Source: a virus
Reading direction: 5' to 3' (one strand)
Length of the DNA: 64,000 bases
Virus record (IMG/VR): IMGVR_UViG_3300032323_003835
Location: 32,001-96,000 of that record
The notes beneath the pieces are model-generated. The model saw nothing but the letters and a program-made list of their open reading frames with translations. It was not told the origin of the DNA and made no database searches. Position numbers and translations under genes: made by a program. Positions 26,821 through 36,974 of this stretch are shown piece by piece. Each line of letters begins with the position of its first letter. Within the stretch, counting starts at the first letter, position 1.

Positions 26821-28496
26821 TTTTTTGAAATTAAATAATTACCTAAAACTAAGAAATCCATTTCGGAATCTAAAAATCTTATTATAGCATCTTTCGGATA
26901 TAGCGTTATAGTTTGGTCCTTGAAATTGAAAGATGTGTTAAGTAATATTGGGTATCCTGATAATTCTCCAAAAGTTTTTAATAAACGATAGAATCTTGGA
27001 TTTTCGTACGATGTTACAGTCTGAACTCTTGCTGTTCCATCCACGTGTGTTATTGCAGGTAAATCCCACTCTTCTTTAACCTTTACTACCATATTCATAT
27101 ACGGAATGGACGATTCTGTTTCAAAAAATTTAGATGCTTCATCGAGGGTGACTGAGGGAGCGAAGGGCCTAAACATCTCCCTTTTCTTTATCACCGAATT
27201 TATTCTATCCTGCATGTGAGGATAGAGTGGTGAAGCTAGAATAGATCTATTTCCAAGTGCTCTGGCTCCAAACTCCATTTTACCCTGAAACCATCCTATA
27301 ACATTTCCTTCGTTAAGAAGATTGGAACACTTGAAAATAAGATCTGTTGGATCCATATGATCGTAATTAATTCTATCTCCGAAATTTTTAAAGGATGCTT
27401 CTATTTCTTCTCTATCAAATGAAGGTCCCTGATACGCATCAAACGGTCCCTTTCTCTTCCATTCTTTTACTACGTTTATATAATGGAGACATGCTCCTAT
27501 AGCGGATCCCCCGTCGGACGGAGATAAAGGAACCCAGACGTTTTCATAATTTGATGAGGAGGATATTTTAGAATTTGCTACACCATTATAAGCGCATCCT
27601 CCGCCCAGACACAAATTACTAGTGTTATTAAGCTCGTAGCTAAACTTTATCACCTCAATCAATATTTCTTCATATATCTTCTGAACAGAGGCAGCTATGT
27701 GCTTGTGATGAGCTTCTATGGCATCATTAGAGAATCTTGGGTGGATATTAAGAAGAATAGATAGGTTCTCGTTAAACATTATTCTGTCCGAATAATTCCA
27801 CGAGAAATATTTCATATTTACCCTGATTTTACCATTATCATAGGCTATGGTTTTTTTGATGGCATCATAATAGACGGAGGGATCACCATAAGAGGCCAAT
27901 CCCATTACCTTGTATTCTCCTTCGTTGGGCCTAAATCCAAGAAAGGCGGTAAATGCAGAATAAAAAAGCCCGAGGGAGTGCGGGTAATTTATCGAATGTA
28001 ATTTAGTTATCCTATTTTTGGTTGCTTTAGAAATAGTAACTGTTTCCTTTTCACCAACGCCATCGACGGTTACTATATTACATTCCGAAAAATTAGACGT
28101 GAAGTATGCTAAAGACGCGTGGGATAGGTGATGATCTACGAAATAGATTTTTTTAGAAAATCCCAGTTCGTCCAATAAAACGTCTTCCACTGATTTCTTT
28201 TTTCCGCTAAAGATGTAATCTACAATTCTTCTAAAATTTTTGATTGGATTCTTTCTGAAGGTTTCGATTACCCTCTCTCTTTTCTTTATGGGGTTTTCGT
28301 ACCAACAAACTACACTTATATCTTTTGCGGATATTCTATTGGATTTTAGTAGCCATTTAATAGTTTCCTTAGGGAATGAGCTATCACCCTTAACCCCGGT
28401 GAATCTTTCCTCCTCTGCTGCTCCCAGCAAGGTATTATTCCTATATAAACATGCTGCAGAATCGTGGTAAAATGCAGAGATTCCAAGTATATACAT
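26817..28496 (-). CDS. Carbamoyltransferase (NodU/CmcH/TobZ family)
   Basis: ILGISAFYHDSAA, EEERF, HHLSHA, DGVGE, GEYKVMGLA, GARALGNRSIL, FRPFAP, LLNTSFN. Confidence 0.95.
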   Translation of the reverse strand: MYILGISAFYHDSAACLYRNNTLLGAAEEERFTGVKGDSSFPKETIKWLLKSNRISAKDISVVCWYENPIKKRERVIETFRKNPIKNFRRIVDYIFSGKKKSVEDVLLDELGFSKKIYFVDHHLSHASLAYFTSNFSECNIVTVDGVGEKETVTISKATKNRITKLHSINYPHSLGLFYSAFTAFLGFRPNEGEYKVMGLASYGDPSVYYDAIKKTIAYDNGKIRVNMKYFSWNYSDRIMFNENLSILLNIHPRFSNDAIEAHHKHIAASVQKIYEEILIEVIKFSYELNNTSNLCLGGGCAYNGVANSKISSSSNYENVWVPLSPSDGGSAIGACLHYINVVKEWKRKGPFDAYQGPSFDREEIEASFKNFGDRINYDHMDPTDLIFKCSNLLNEGNVIGWFQGKMEFGARALGNRSILASPLYPHMQDRINSVIKKREMFRPFAPSVTLDEASKFFETESSIPYMNMVVKVKEEWDLPAITHVDGTARVQTVTSYENPRFYRLLKTFGELSGYPILLNTSFNFKDQTITLYPKDAIIRFLDSEMDFLVLGNYLISKK

Positions 28497-28517
28497 TTAG
28501 ATTTTAAATTTATATTT

Positions 28518-28724
28518 CTAGGAATCTAGATGTTTCCATCTGTCCTTGTTTACTATTGCAGAAATGCTTCTTCTTGACATCCCAAATTTTTCTGCCAATT
28601 GAATCATAGTAACAGATCCAGATTTATAAATTTTTCTGATTTCCTGAACCTCTGATTCAGTGAGCTTAGAATTTGGATTCTTTTCCCCACTTAAAAAGGG
28701 ATTGATTGATTTTTCTTCTTTCAT
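28518..28724 (-). CDS. Small HTH protein
   Basis: GEKNPNSKLTE..V.EIR...LAEKFGMS...IS.IV...WKH. Confidence 0.75.
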   Translation of the reverse strand: MKEEKSINPFLSGEKNPNSKLTESEVQEIRKIYKSGSVTMIQLAEKFGMSRRSISAIVNKDRWKHLDS

Positions 28725-28902
28725 ATCCCTTATATATCAAAAACGCGAACACGCGCATTATTCAGTAGATTCTTCCTTTTTTTCTTCGGATTCTCTAATC
28801 TTTTTTTCGTGGATTATTTTTTCTCCCATGATTTTTGCTGCCGCTTTTCTCATGGCTCTTTTATCCTCTTCTGACATTTTTTTGAGGTCTTTCTTTTTCA
28901 TC

Positions 28903-29196
28903 CTATTCCCATTCTTTTATTTGTAAGACTAGATCCCCAGATCCTTTTATAACTCTGTGCCATGTCAGACTAGGTATTGTTATGTTATCAAAGGATTTAG
29001 GTAGTTCATTTTCCATCTGGATTTTCCAGTCCTTACCCTCTAATATTTTAACACTTCTGTTTTTCAGATCCCTATGCCATAACAATTCTACTGGATCTAT
29101 TTCCTGTGAGAACCTTCTTATTACAGAATCCTCAGAGTCAATGTCAATATATGGTTTAATCTCTACCAAAATCCAGGATAAGTTTTTCCTCCCCAC
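28903..29196 (-). CDS. Cupin-like phage protein
   Basis: WHRD...WKIQMENELP...WHRVIKG; start uncertain. Confidence 0.6.
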   Translation of the reverse strand: MGRKNLSWILVEIKPYIDIDSEDSVIRRFSQEIDPVELLWHRDLKNRSVKILEGKDWKIQMENELPKSFDNITIPSLTWHRVIKGSGDLVLQIKEWE

Positions 29197-29690
29197 AAGT
29201 GAGCATATCTATTAGCTCTACAAGCCCAATATCCTGGTTTAGTTTTGTCCTTCTTTTTATGACACTGATGTCTAGCAGCAAAACTTCTTCTGCGCTCTGG
29301 ATCACTAACCTTTGCTCTCATTCCCGGTATACCAAATTGAACCTTGATAACTTTTCCATTCTTGTTTTTAACGTAAACATAAAACTTCTTACTTCCTCCT
29401 CTCATAGGATATGAAAGCTTAACATTCTTCCCCTGATATAATGCTTCATCAAGTATTTCTAGGGGCATATCAAGGGGAACTATAAGTCCCTCGTAGATCC
29501 CGGTTAATCCTAGATCACTAGTTTCGAAAAGCAAAGCTGTTTGCCTATCAACGGTTAGATCCCCCTTTAGATATAAGGATCTAGATTCACTTAAAAGATC
29601 AACATGAGAATTGCTTCCTGGTCTGAATATTGATTCCGCAATACAGATTCTGTTGTCGATGTGAAATTGTAGGTGTTCTGATAATAACAT
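29163..29690 (-). CDS. Conserved large-phage protein
   Basis: KKFYVYVKN..G.VIKV.FG...RRRSFAARHQC...PGYWAC motif recurrent in large phages. Confidence 0.7.
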   Translation of the reverse strand: MLLSEHLQFHIDNRICIAESIFRPGSNSHVDLLSESRSLYLKGDLTVDRQTALLFETSDLGLTGIYEGLIVPLDMPLEILDEALYQGKNVKLSYPMRGGSKKFYVYVKNKNGKVIKVQFGIPGMRAKVSDPERRRSFAARHQCHKKKDKTKPGYWACRANRYAHLWGGKTYPGFW

Positions 29691-29691
29691 A

Positions 29692-30612
29692 TTAAACCAT
29701 ATTTTTAGCTAGCATATCATCTCTGAAAGCAGTTGATTTTGCTAGGGTTTCTTGGAATATAGGCTTACTTAAATCGTTACCTAATCCGGCGTTAACGTGA
29801 AAGACAGCTTTGAGAGCTGCATCTTTATTCGGAAATTCATTAGGATCATTTGATCCGTACAGGGATTTAACTTTAGGGTTTTTTAAATTCTCTATAAAAT
29901 AAAGTACTGCAACTTCTGCTGCAACATCTAGCTCGTTTAAGGCATCGGGATTGGTAACAAAGTTTATTGACCTTCCAAGTTTTCCATTTTCGTTATAGAT
30001 CTTTTGCATTTTTTCATATCCGGCTTTAAAAGTAATTCCATTGAATCCTATTCCCGCATATTTTGATCCATCACCTGGTTGGGTGTTTCCCATTTTTTGA
30101 GAAGCCCCTGTAGGATCATCTGGACCATAAACCCTATCCCAAAATTTAGAAGGATCAGCTTTTAATGTATTAAGCTCAGCGTCAGTTAAAGTGGCGACTC
30201 TTTTACCAAAGATTTTTCTGATTCTGTCATTACTAGTATTAGTATAAGGAACCTCATTCTGTGGTGCCCAACCGCACTCTTTACCGATAACACCCTGAAT
30301 GGATGCTCTCATATTTTTATCGGTAATTCCGTGTCTGTCCATTGCCTTGTTTACTTCCTCTACGCCCTTTTTAACATCCTCCGCGGAAGGAACTTTAGCA
30401 CCGCTTCCTTGTAATCTTTCGCCCCATGATGTACCACCACCTTCAGGATCATCCCCTAAGAAATCACCAAATCCTGCTCCTTTGATTATTTCTGCAGCCT
30501 TTTTTAATTGGTCTATCATTGTAGCACCCGACCCAGTAGGATCTTTCATTGGGTCTTCTTTTTTTACTTCCTGCTCATTTATAAAGCCTGAAAATTGTTT
30601 TAGGTATTTCAT
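29692..30612 (-). CDS. GH19-like peptidoglycan hydrolase with MKYL..F..E leader
   Basis: KECG...E, GN...GDG.KY.G.GF.GITFK..Y, NPDAL resemble the GH19 lysozyme core. Confidence 0.6.
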   Translation of the reverse strand: MKYLKQFSGFINEQEVKKEDPMKDPTGSGATMIDQLKKAAEIIKGAGFGDFLGDDPEGGGTSWGERLQGSGAKVPSAEDVKKGVEEVNKAMDRHGITDKNMRASIQGVIGKECGWAPQNEVPYTNTSNDRIRKIFGKRVATLTDAELNTLKADPSKFWDRVYGPDDPTGASQKMGNTQPGDGSKYAGIGFNGITFKAGYEKMQKIYNENGKLGRSINFVTNPDALNELDVAAEVAVLYFIENLKNPKVKSLYGSNDPNEFPNKDAALKAVFHVNAGLGNDLSKPIFQETLAKSTAFRDDMLAKNMV

Positions 30613-30613
30613 A

Positions 30614-30928
30614 TTAATTTCTAAATTTATGTGGGAATAGCAATCTTAATTCGTGCCCTTGTGGAATGTCTTTTTTTCTGATTCCAAATATTTTTTCTTC
30701 AGGACAGGGATCTTCCCCGTTCCATTTAAATCCATTATTACATGCCCAGGTTTTCATTCCAGCGTTTACAGTCTGTCCGACCGAATATGGAAATCTAATA
30801 CCAGCATCATTATTTATCTCTGTAATTCTACCACCAGTGACAGAAACTATAATTTCTCTTCCCTGTCTAGAAACCAGATTAATTTTATTCTCTCCTGAAT
30901 ATGCTTCGTATATTTCTATATGCCTCAT
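30614..30928 (-). CDS. Hypothetical protein with MRHI.IYE leader
   Basis: N-terminal motif; GATATATA at 30948-30955. Confidence 0.65.
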   Translation of the reverse strand: MRHIEIYEAYSGENKINLVSRQGREIIVSVTGGRITEINNDAGIRFPYSVGQTVNAGMKTWACNNGFKWNGEDPCPEEKIFGIRKKDIPQGHELRLLFPHKFRN

Positions 30929-31020
30929 TTTCTTGTTATTGTAATTCTATATATCAGATACATAAATCGATCCTTTGGAAACAATGATTGTAAAATAAAC
31001 TAAAATAATTAAAAGAAAAG

Positions 31021-31431
31021 ATGACCGAAAGAAAATATTTGCCAACATTAGCAGAATTGGTCGACAGACTAAGTATATCGCAATTAAAGGAGGTTTTTAT
31101 TCCCCAACATAAGGATGAATACGCACAAGAAATAAGCGATATAGTGCATGATATTCAGGTTTTATTGGATTCAAGTGAAAAGGTAAACGCAGATACAATC
31201 AGGGCTATTGTGGTTCTTTCCCAAATGAATCTTCATATTTGGCACAACGAATCCAATTATAGAAAGGGAATAAAGGACGGAAATAACCTAGAACTTACCC
31301 ACGGTCTGAATGGGATAAGAAACACGGCAAAGAACAAGATCCAAGAAATAGTGGGCGGAAGAAAGGATTACAAGATTGATTGCTTAGCTGCTGATTTTAA
31401 AGACTGGGAAATTAGCTGGAATAATGGGTAG
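31021..31431 (+). CDS. Hypothetical helical protein
   Basis: TLAELVDRLSI.QLK...N..IWH.E...RN..KNKI. Confidence 0.7.
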   Translation: MTERKYLPTLAELVDRLSISQLKEVFIPQHKDEYAQEISDIVHDIQVLLDSSEKVNADTIRAIVVLSQMNLHIWHNESNYRKGIKDGNNLELTHGLNGIRNTAKNKIQEIVGGRKDYKIDCLAADFKDWEISWNNG

Positions 31432-32269
31432 GATATTTTTATTCGGCGATTCTTTTACCTTCAATCTGTATGAGAGAGCAAGGAATGTAAAAGAACCAGG
31501 GGTTAGTGAAAGACCGATATTAAAGTATATGGATCTCTTAACAAAAGAGTTGAACCCAGATCCATTACATTTTTCAGACTATTTAAAGAAATTTGGATAT
31601 GATGTTTATAATTACGGGGGAAATGGAATATCGATATACTCGATCATTTACTACTTTAAAGCATTAGCAGATTTCAAATTCAAAGAGGGAGACAGAATAA
31701 TAGTCAATCTTACCTCATTCTCTAGGTTCGATCTGATAGACGATAAAGGGGAGAACCACACAGCTGTCTGTGAAAACGTAGGCGACTGGACAGAGGATCT
31801 AACAATAAAAAGATTTATTGTAGATCAAAGATTAAATAGACTCTACAGTTTAGACAATCGTGGGTATATTGGATGGGAACTTTTAAACTTTTTAAAATAT
31901 TTCTTAGATCTACATAAAGAATATAGACCGATTCTTTGGTCGCCATTTCCTGAAAATATAAAACCTTTTGAAGATTGCAGGTGGTTTGTTAGAGACATTT
32001 CAGACCCCATTTTTAAATCGATTTGTCCAGAGCATGATAAAATAAGAATATGGGACGAAACCCATAATTTAATTTATGATGAGCATTACAGCAGATATGG
32101 TAACTACTATAATGCTCATATATTTAAATCTGTTTTAGAATCTGGACTGGATGGATTTTATCTTTCTGATGAAGATTTAAATTCTAAAATTTTTGACATT
32201 GTTTCAAAAGAATCTGGATTTACCCCAATAAAAGAAAGAGCAATTAATAGATTTAGGAATCTCATTTAA
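31424..32269 (+). CDS. SGNH-like hypothetical protein
   Basis: FGDSFT, NYG..G.S, DEHYS..G. Confidence 0.6.
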   Translation: MGRIFLFGDSFTFNLYERARNVKEPGVSERPILKYMDLLTKELNPDPLHFSDYLKKFGYDVYNYGGNGISIYSIIYYFKALADFKFKEGDRIIVNLTSFSRFDLIDDKGENHTAVCENVGDWTEDLTIKRFIVDQRLNRLYSLDNRGYIGWELLNFLKYFLDLHKEYRPILWSPFPENIKPFEDCRWFVRDISDPIFKSICPEHDKIRIWDETHNLIYDEHYSRYGNYYNAHIFKSVLESGLDGFYLSDEDLNSKIFDIVSKESGFTPIKERAINRFRNLI

Positions 32270-32293
32270 AACCAACAGGTAATATTTAGAAAA

Positions 32294-32839
32294 TTAGGAA
32301 TAATACAATTCCGGATATTCAACTATAACGTGGATGCCTCCTTTATTATAGACATCTTTATAAATTGATTCAATAGATTCCCATCCAGAAAGATCCCAGA
32401 ATTTGATATTAGGACACATGGATCTGAATTCGCTGAAATAATTTCCTCTGTGCTGATGTCCCGGATCTAATGGTTTATCTGATCCTTTTCCCAATCGTAT
32501 AATCATATTCGGATTCCACTTTCCTTGGCTCATCAATCCTATCTTATCAACATGATTAACTAGTTGATTCGTTGCGCATATTAAAAAATCCCATCTTGGA
32601 TAAAACGTGATTACAAAATTTCCAGTCATCGCCATTCCTAAAGACATTCCCATTTGGGATTCTTCCATTACAGGAACTTCGATCAGCTTATCTTTTGGTA
32701 CGTCCCCGATAGTGGTACTCATCGGATTGCCGTGCCACAATACTTGTTGCCCGATGAATACAGTATCTTCTTTATCGGCAAGAAATTTCATGGATGCTGT
32801 TAGTGCATCTTTATAAGGGGTGTATTGGGGTTGTGCCAT
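32294..32839 (-). CDS. TPP enzyme E1-beta/transketolase pyrimidine-binding subunit (short)
   Basis: VFIGQ, IEVPVMEESQMG...GMA, DF...A.NQLVN, GHQH; lacks the C-terminal domain. Confidence 0.85.
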   Translation of the reverse strand: MAQPQYTPYKDALTASMKFLADKEDTVFIGQQVLWHGNPMSTTIGDVPKDKLIEVPVMEESQMGMSLGMAMTGNFVITFYPRWDFLICATNQLVNHVDKIGLMSQGKWNPNMIIRLGKGSDKPLDPGHQHRGNYFSEFRSMCPNIKFWDLSGWESIESIYKDVYNKGGIHVIVEYPELYYS

Positions 32840-32841
32840 AT

Positions 32842-32991
32842 TTAATTTATTTTAACATGAAAGAATAAAGAATCAAATTTAGAATGGGCAAGAAATCTAG
32901 ATCCATCTTTACATTCATACATGTTTACTTGTTTACCATTTACAATGTCTGTAAATTTATATTTAATGAATTTAGCAAATAATCTTTTCAT
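32842..32991 (-). CDS. Small hypothetical protein (49 aa, not in ORF track)
   Basis: ATG-to-stop ORF filling the gap between the E1 subunits. Confidence 0.45.
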   Translation of the reverse strand: MKRLFAKFIKYKFTDIVNGKQVNMYECKDGSRFLAHSKFDSLFFHVKIN

Positions 32992-33000
32992 ATCTATCGA

Positions 33001-33633
33001 TTAAAAAACTACCCATTTACCAGTTCCGTAATGGGGCCATTCTTTTTCATATTCATACCAGATAACATCTTCTGGGATTTCTCTTTTGGTTCCTCCCCAG
33101 GTTTCTATTGTTGGAGTATTGGTTGAAACGTGATTGTCTTCAACTACAAACACTATTGGAAGATTTAAATTTTTAGCATACTTGTGCATCTCATAAAATC
33201 CTCCAGTTTCGAAAGCCATATCCCCAATAAAACACCAAACTTTATCTTTGCGATTTTCCCTCTTATTAGAAAGAGCAACCCCTGTTGCTATCGGAATTAT
33301 AGCTCCCACTATAGCAGACGCATAAAATCTTTCTTCCTGACTTACTATTGTGATAGATCTTCCTGCTATAATTTCTTCTTCTAGCCAAACCGGACATACT
33401 CCTTTAATTAGAGCATGATAATGTGATCTCCACGTGGAAAAAACCCAATCGGTTGGTCTAATCCTTCTTCCGATTTCAATTAATTGATCCTCATTTCCAC
33501 CGCTTAAATGTACCGGTCCTTTGATTTTTCCCGCTTCCCAGTGGTCTGCGATTAATCTCTCAAACTTTGATAAATCCTCTTTGGTGTATATGGGATCAGT
33601 AACAACCGGGTATTTGTCTAAATTCTTTATCAT
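33001..33633 (-). CDS. TPP-dependent E1-alpha-like subunit (short)
   Basis: GPVHLSGGNE, STWRSHYH, FIGDMA...VVEDN (TPP motif variant). Confidence 0.85.
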   Translation of the reverse strand: MIKNLDKYPVVTDPIYTKEDLSKFERLIADHWEAGKIKGPVHLSGGNEDQLIEIGRRIRPTDWVFSTWRSHYHALIKGVCPVWLEEEIIAGRSITIVSQEERFYASAIVGAIIPIATGVALSNKRENRKDKVWCFIGDMAFETGGFYEMHKYAKNLNLPIVFVVEDNHVSTNTPTIETWGGTKREIPEDVIWYEYEKEWPHYGTGKWVVF

Positions 33634-33636
33634 AAA

Positions 33637-34182
33637 TTAAATTAATCTTTTTACGTAATCTAAATTTTTTCTATATCTTCTAGATACATTCATATCTTCT
33701 ATATGTTTTGGATTTTCTATATTTAAAAAATTACATATCTTAGGTATGTCCGTTTTATTTTCGAACAATCCTTCGTACGTTAATATAACATTATAATCCA
33801 TCTTTCGTATTTTATTATTTTCCGAGGATATCCTTTCAGATAATACTTCCAATTTACTTTTATTAAAAACTATCCAATTCTCCGTAATAGAATATGGATT
33901 GTGCCAATTATTTGTTTCTGTAGCGTGCAAATGACTTATTGCACAATTTGATATATCTTCCCTTATTAATCCTATTGTTATTTTTTCTCCCTTTATATTT
34001 TCAAGGTGCTCTGGTTCCATTTTTATAATAAAGTTAGAGTTTGAAAAATCTACATTTCCGTATTTTTCTAAATGATATGGGTGATAAGGTTCATGAATAT
34101 ATTCCTTACTAAGTTCTTTACTAATCCAATTACAAAATGTTGTACCCCCGGTCCTCCCGTATGATAGAATACATATATTCAT
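33637..34182 (-). CDS. Sulfotransferase-like protein
   Basis: GRTGGT (PAPS loop), HEP, LIRE..S, LTYE. Confidence 0.6.
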   Translation of the reverse strand: MNICILSYGRTGGTTFCNWISKELSKEYIHEPYHPYHLEKYGNVDFSNSNFIIKMEPEHLENIKGEKITIGLIREDISNCAISHLHATETNNWHNPYSITENWIVFNKSKLEVLSERISSENNKIRKMDYNVILTYEGLFENKTDIPKICNFLNIENPKHIEDMNVSRRYRKNLDYVKRLI

Positions 34183-34796
34183 TATCTGTCTCTCTTTTGT
34201 AATATCGGTTTATCGGTTGGCCACTCCATTTGATATTCAGGGTCATTCCATTTAACCACACCTTGCTCATCCGCATCAACATATCTGTCTTTATAAAATA
34301 GATTATAATGGAACATACAATCTGTTAAGGCATAATGTCCATTAGCAAATCCGGGCGGAACGAGAACTTGGTTCCTGTCTTTCTCTGTGATCATAAAAGA
34401 TTCCCAATCTCCATAAGTTGGTGATTGCTTTCTCATATCTAGCACAATCAAATAAATGTCACCGACTGCCGCTTGAACCAATTTCCATGTTTTACTGTCG
34501 TAATGTAATCCTCTCAATACCCCTTTGTATGATTTTGAAAATCTTCCGTGTATACTGATTTCGTTCTTATCGTAATGTATGTGTCTCATTACCGGATGCT
34601 CTTCACTATGAAATGTGGTAAATATCTCTCCTCTATATTCTCTATAGATCGAAGGGGTAAATGTTGGAACTTCGTATCCAAACTTTTTTGAAGGTGTTTC
34701 TTTAAATTCGTCCCACTTGCTACTCATTGTCTTACATATTATTTGCGTATCCCAGTGGGAATCCATTTCTGAATTCCGCACCCATTTTTGGTACAA
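34182..34796 (-). CDS. rmlC: dTDP-4-dehydrorhamnose 3,5-epimerase family (start probably 34727)
   Basis: SKSYKGVLRGLHY, KLVQ, LDMR..SPTYG.W, VPPGFANGH, WNDP..W. Confidence 0.85.
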   Translation of the reverse strand: MYQKWVRNSEMDSHWDTQIICKTMSSKWDEFKETPSKKFGYEVPTFTPSIYREYRGEIFTTFHSEEHPVMRHIHYDKNEISIHGRFSKSYKGVLRGLHYDSKTWKLVQAAVGDIYLIVLDMRKQSPTYGDWESFMITEKDRNQVLVPPGFANGHYALTDCMFHYNLFYKDRYVDADEQGVVKWNDPEYQMEWPTDKPILQKRDR

Positions 34797-35703
34797 TCAT
34801 TTGATAACCCATTATCAATTCCTCTATTCCTCTATCTATATCCCACTCAGGAGACCAGCCTGTTGATTCTATTTTTGCATTTGATACAATATAATCTCTT
34901 TTGTCAGGATCCTCGTAATAGTCGTTATAAGAAACAGCAAAGTTCTTAACATGATTCTGTATCTTTTCAAGCAATTCTTGTTTACTTAAATTTGCAGTAG
35001 TTAAACCAACATTAAAAATCTCACCTCTATATCTCTCATAATTTTCCAACATAAACAAGAAGACATTTGCAACATCCTGTATATGAATGAAATTTCTTTT
35101 AAAGTTCTTCTCAAAAACCACAATGTATTTGTCAGTAATGGCTTTATATGTGAAATCATTAACTAACAAATCAGTTCTCATTCTTGGGGATACACCGAAT
35201 ACAGTTGCTAATCTAAAGATGATAGCATCAGTACTGGATTTTAATAAATCCTCAGCATTACATTTTGTTTTTCCGTAAATCGATATTGGATTTAAAGGTG
35301 ATTCCTCTGTACATTCCGTTTGTCCCACACCGATACCATATCCACTGTTAGTGTTGGGGTACAGAATTTTTTTATTTTTACCTAATGTAAATTTAAAAAT
35401 ATTGAATATTTGTTTATAGTTAATTTCCTCGGCCAATTCAGGTTCAGCATCACATGCAGGAAATCCAACGACCGCAGCTAAAGGGATGATTGCATCAACC
35501 TCGTTGCAAAGTTTTTCTAATAATGATTCATTTCTGACATCCCCGTGAATGAATCTAAAATTAGGGTTCGAGGTGTAAACTAATAGAGATGTCTGATTGA
35601 ATATCAATTTATCCAAAACGACAACTTCATGACCGGCATTTAATATCTTTCCGGTGATAACAGAGCCTAAATATCCAGCCCCTCCTGTGATCAAAATCTT
35701 CAT
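34732..35703 (-). CDS. NAD-dependent epimerase/dehydratase
   Basis: ITGGAGYLGS, YGKTK (YxxxK), RLATVFGVSPRMR.DLLVN. Confidence 0.92.
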   Translation of the reverse strand: MKILITGGAGYLGSVITGKILNAGHEVVVLDKLIFNQTSLLVYTSNPNFRFIHGDVRNESLLEKLCNEVDAIIPLAAVVGFPACDAEPELAEEINYKQIFNIFKFTLGKNKKILYPNTNSGYGIGVGQTECTEESPLNPISIYGKTKCNAEDLLKSSTDAIIFRLATVFGVSPRMRTDLLVNDFTYKAITDKYIVVFEKNFKRNFIHIQDVANVFLFMLENYERYRGEIFNVGLTTANLSKQELLEKIQNHVKNFAVSYNDYYEDPDKRDYIVSNAKIESTGWSPEWDIDRGIEELIMGYQMIVPKMGAEFRNGFPLGYANNM

Positions 35704-35763
35704 AATAATTATAGATATAAAGCATCAATGAATTCAATTAAATCCCTAAATATTTAGGGATTG

Positions 35764-35793
35764 CACAAAAAACCCTGGATTTACCAGGGTTTA
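35764..35793 (-). terminator. Intrinsic terminator
   Basis: cacaaaaaaccctggatttaccagggttt: hairpin plus U-tract on minus strand. Confidence 0.65.
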
Positions 35794-35813
35794 TGATTAG
35801 ATTAGAAATTGAT

Positions 35814-36047
35814 TTATTCTTCTTCGGTCTCTCCTTCTTCCTCTTCAGCTTCTTCAGCTTCATAATCATAAGGATCGTACTCAGCTTTAAATTCAGCTTC
35901 TTCCTCTTCTGGAGTTTCTTCCTCGAAATCTTCTGCGTATGACGGAGATGGACCTTCATTAGGATCTACCAGATTGTCAGCATCATACATGAATTGTGTC
36001 TCCTCTTTTACGTCGTCCCAACTTTCGAATAATTTAATGTGTTTCAT
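35814..36047 (-). CDS. Highly acidic small protein with MKHIKLFE leader
   Basis: N-terminal motif, Glu-rich body. Confidence 0.7.
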   Translation of the reverse strand: MKHIKLFESWDDVKEETQFMYDADNLVDPNEGPSPSYAEDFEEETPEEEEAEFKAEYDPYDYEAEEAEEEEGETEEE

Positions 36048-36085
36048 TTGCGTTATTATTTTTATATGTATTCCGAACCTATACC

Positions 36086-36916
36086 CTATCTTAACTCGTC
36101 GAAGGTATTTTTTACGTCTGTGGCAGTTTGGATGTCAGTCGGTTTGTTTGCATTAGCAGTTGCCGAAAGTATATTACCAAGAGCCTGCTGCATTAACTTA
36201 GAGCTTGGATCCTCCGGTGCTTTTCCAAACTCTCCTCCAACAGTTTCATCGTCAGGATAAACATCTTGTCCAGTTAATGGTGAAAGATTTGAGGCTTGAC
36301 CTGTTAATGCTTTAGATATATTAGTTTCAAATTCCGGAGTTCTACTACTTTTAAAATAGTCGATAAATCCAACGAGGTTAGTACCGTCTATCTTTCTTTT
36401 GTTGATCCCAACTCTATCTCCTTCACCGCTGAGCTGATCGTTGGTGTTACCCTCCATAGAAGTGAAAGATCTATCCTTCTCGTCAACCGAAACTACAATA
36501 CCAGTATGACCTAGACCTTTCCCTGGACGGGTCATAATAAAGATCTGACCAGGTCTGATTAAGCTTGGATTAGATTTTATTCGATCAACCGGAATTTTAG
36601 TATCAGCAGGAGCTTGGTTCCAGTGATTCAAACATCCTCCTGTTTTAACTACGCTTGTTGTTTTACCCAATCTCTTACAAAGCTCATCGAAGATATAGTA
36701 AACAAAGGCCATGCACCAAGGAAGACCTCCCGAAAGACCCACTGATTGTAAATATTTAGTAACCTCTGGACCCTTATTACTTCCCTTAGGTTGTTCTTTC
36801 GCGTCCTTATGGGATGCAAGAACACCAGCGAAAGTTTCACCTGCCCCGGAAGGGTCGCTAAGTGGAATTTGCTGTGCTTCCTGTACAAACAGGCTAAAAT
36901 TTTTAATTCTTCTCAT
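36086..36916 (-). CDS. CHAP-domain amidase/peptidase with N-terminal motif
   Basis: LPWCMAFV, GHTGIV, EGNT; MRRIKNFSLFVQE start; GATATATA at 36922-36929. Confidence 0.88.
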   Translation of the reverse strand: MRRIKNFSLFVQEAQQIPLSDPSGAGETFAGVLASHKDAKEQPKGSNKGPEVTKYLQSVGLSGGLPWCMAFVYYIFDELCKRLGKTTSVVKTGGCLNHWNQAPADTKIPVDRIKSNPSLIRPGQIFIMTRPGKGLGHTGIVVSVDEKDRSFTSMEGNTNDQLSGEGDRVGINKRKIDGTNLVGFIDYFKSSRTPEFETNISKALTGQASNLSPLTGQDVYPDDETVGGEFGKAPEDPSSKLMQQALGNILSATANANKPTDIQTATDVKNTFDELR

Positions 36917-36974
36917 GATTCTATATATCCGGTTGCATTTTTTTGTTTCGTAGAATCTTTATATATTTGGACAT

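Noticed and set aside
32294-33633. Pyruvate dehydrogenase complex as a central-metabolism auxiliary gene set
   Set aside because: Subunits are short, E2/E3 are absent and the context is nucleotide-sugar biosynthesis
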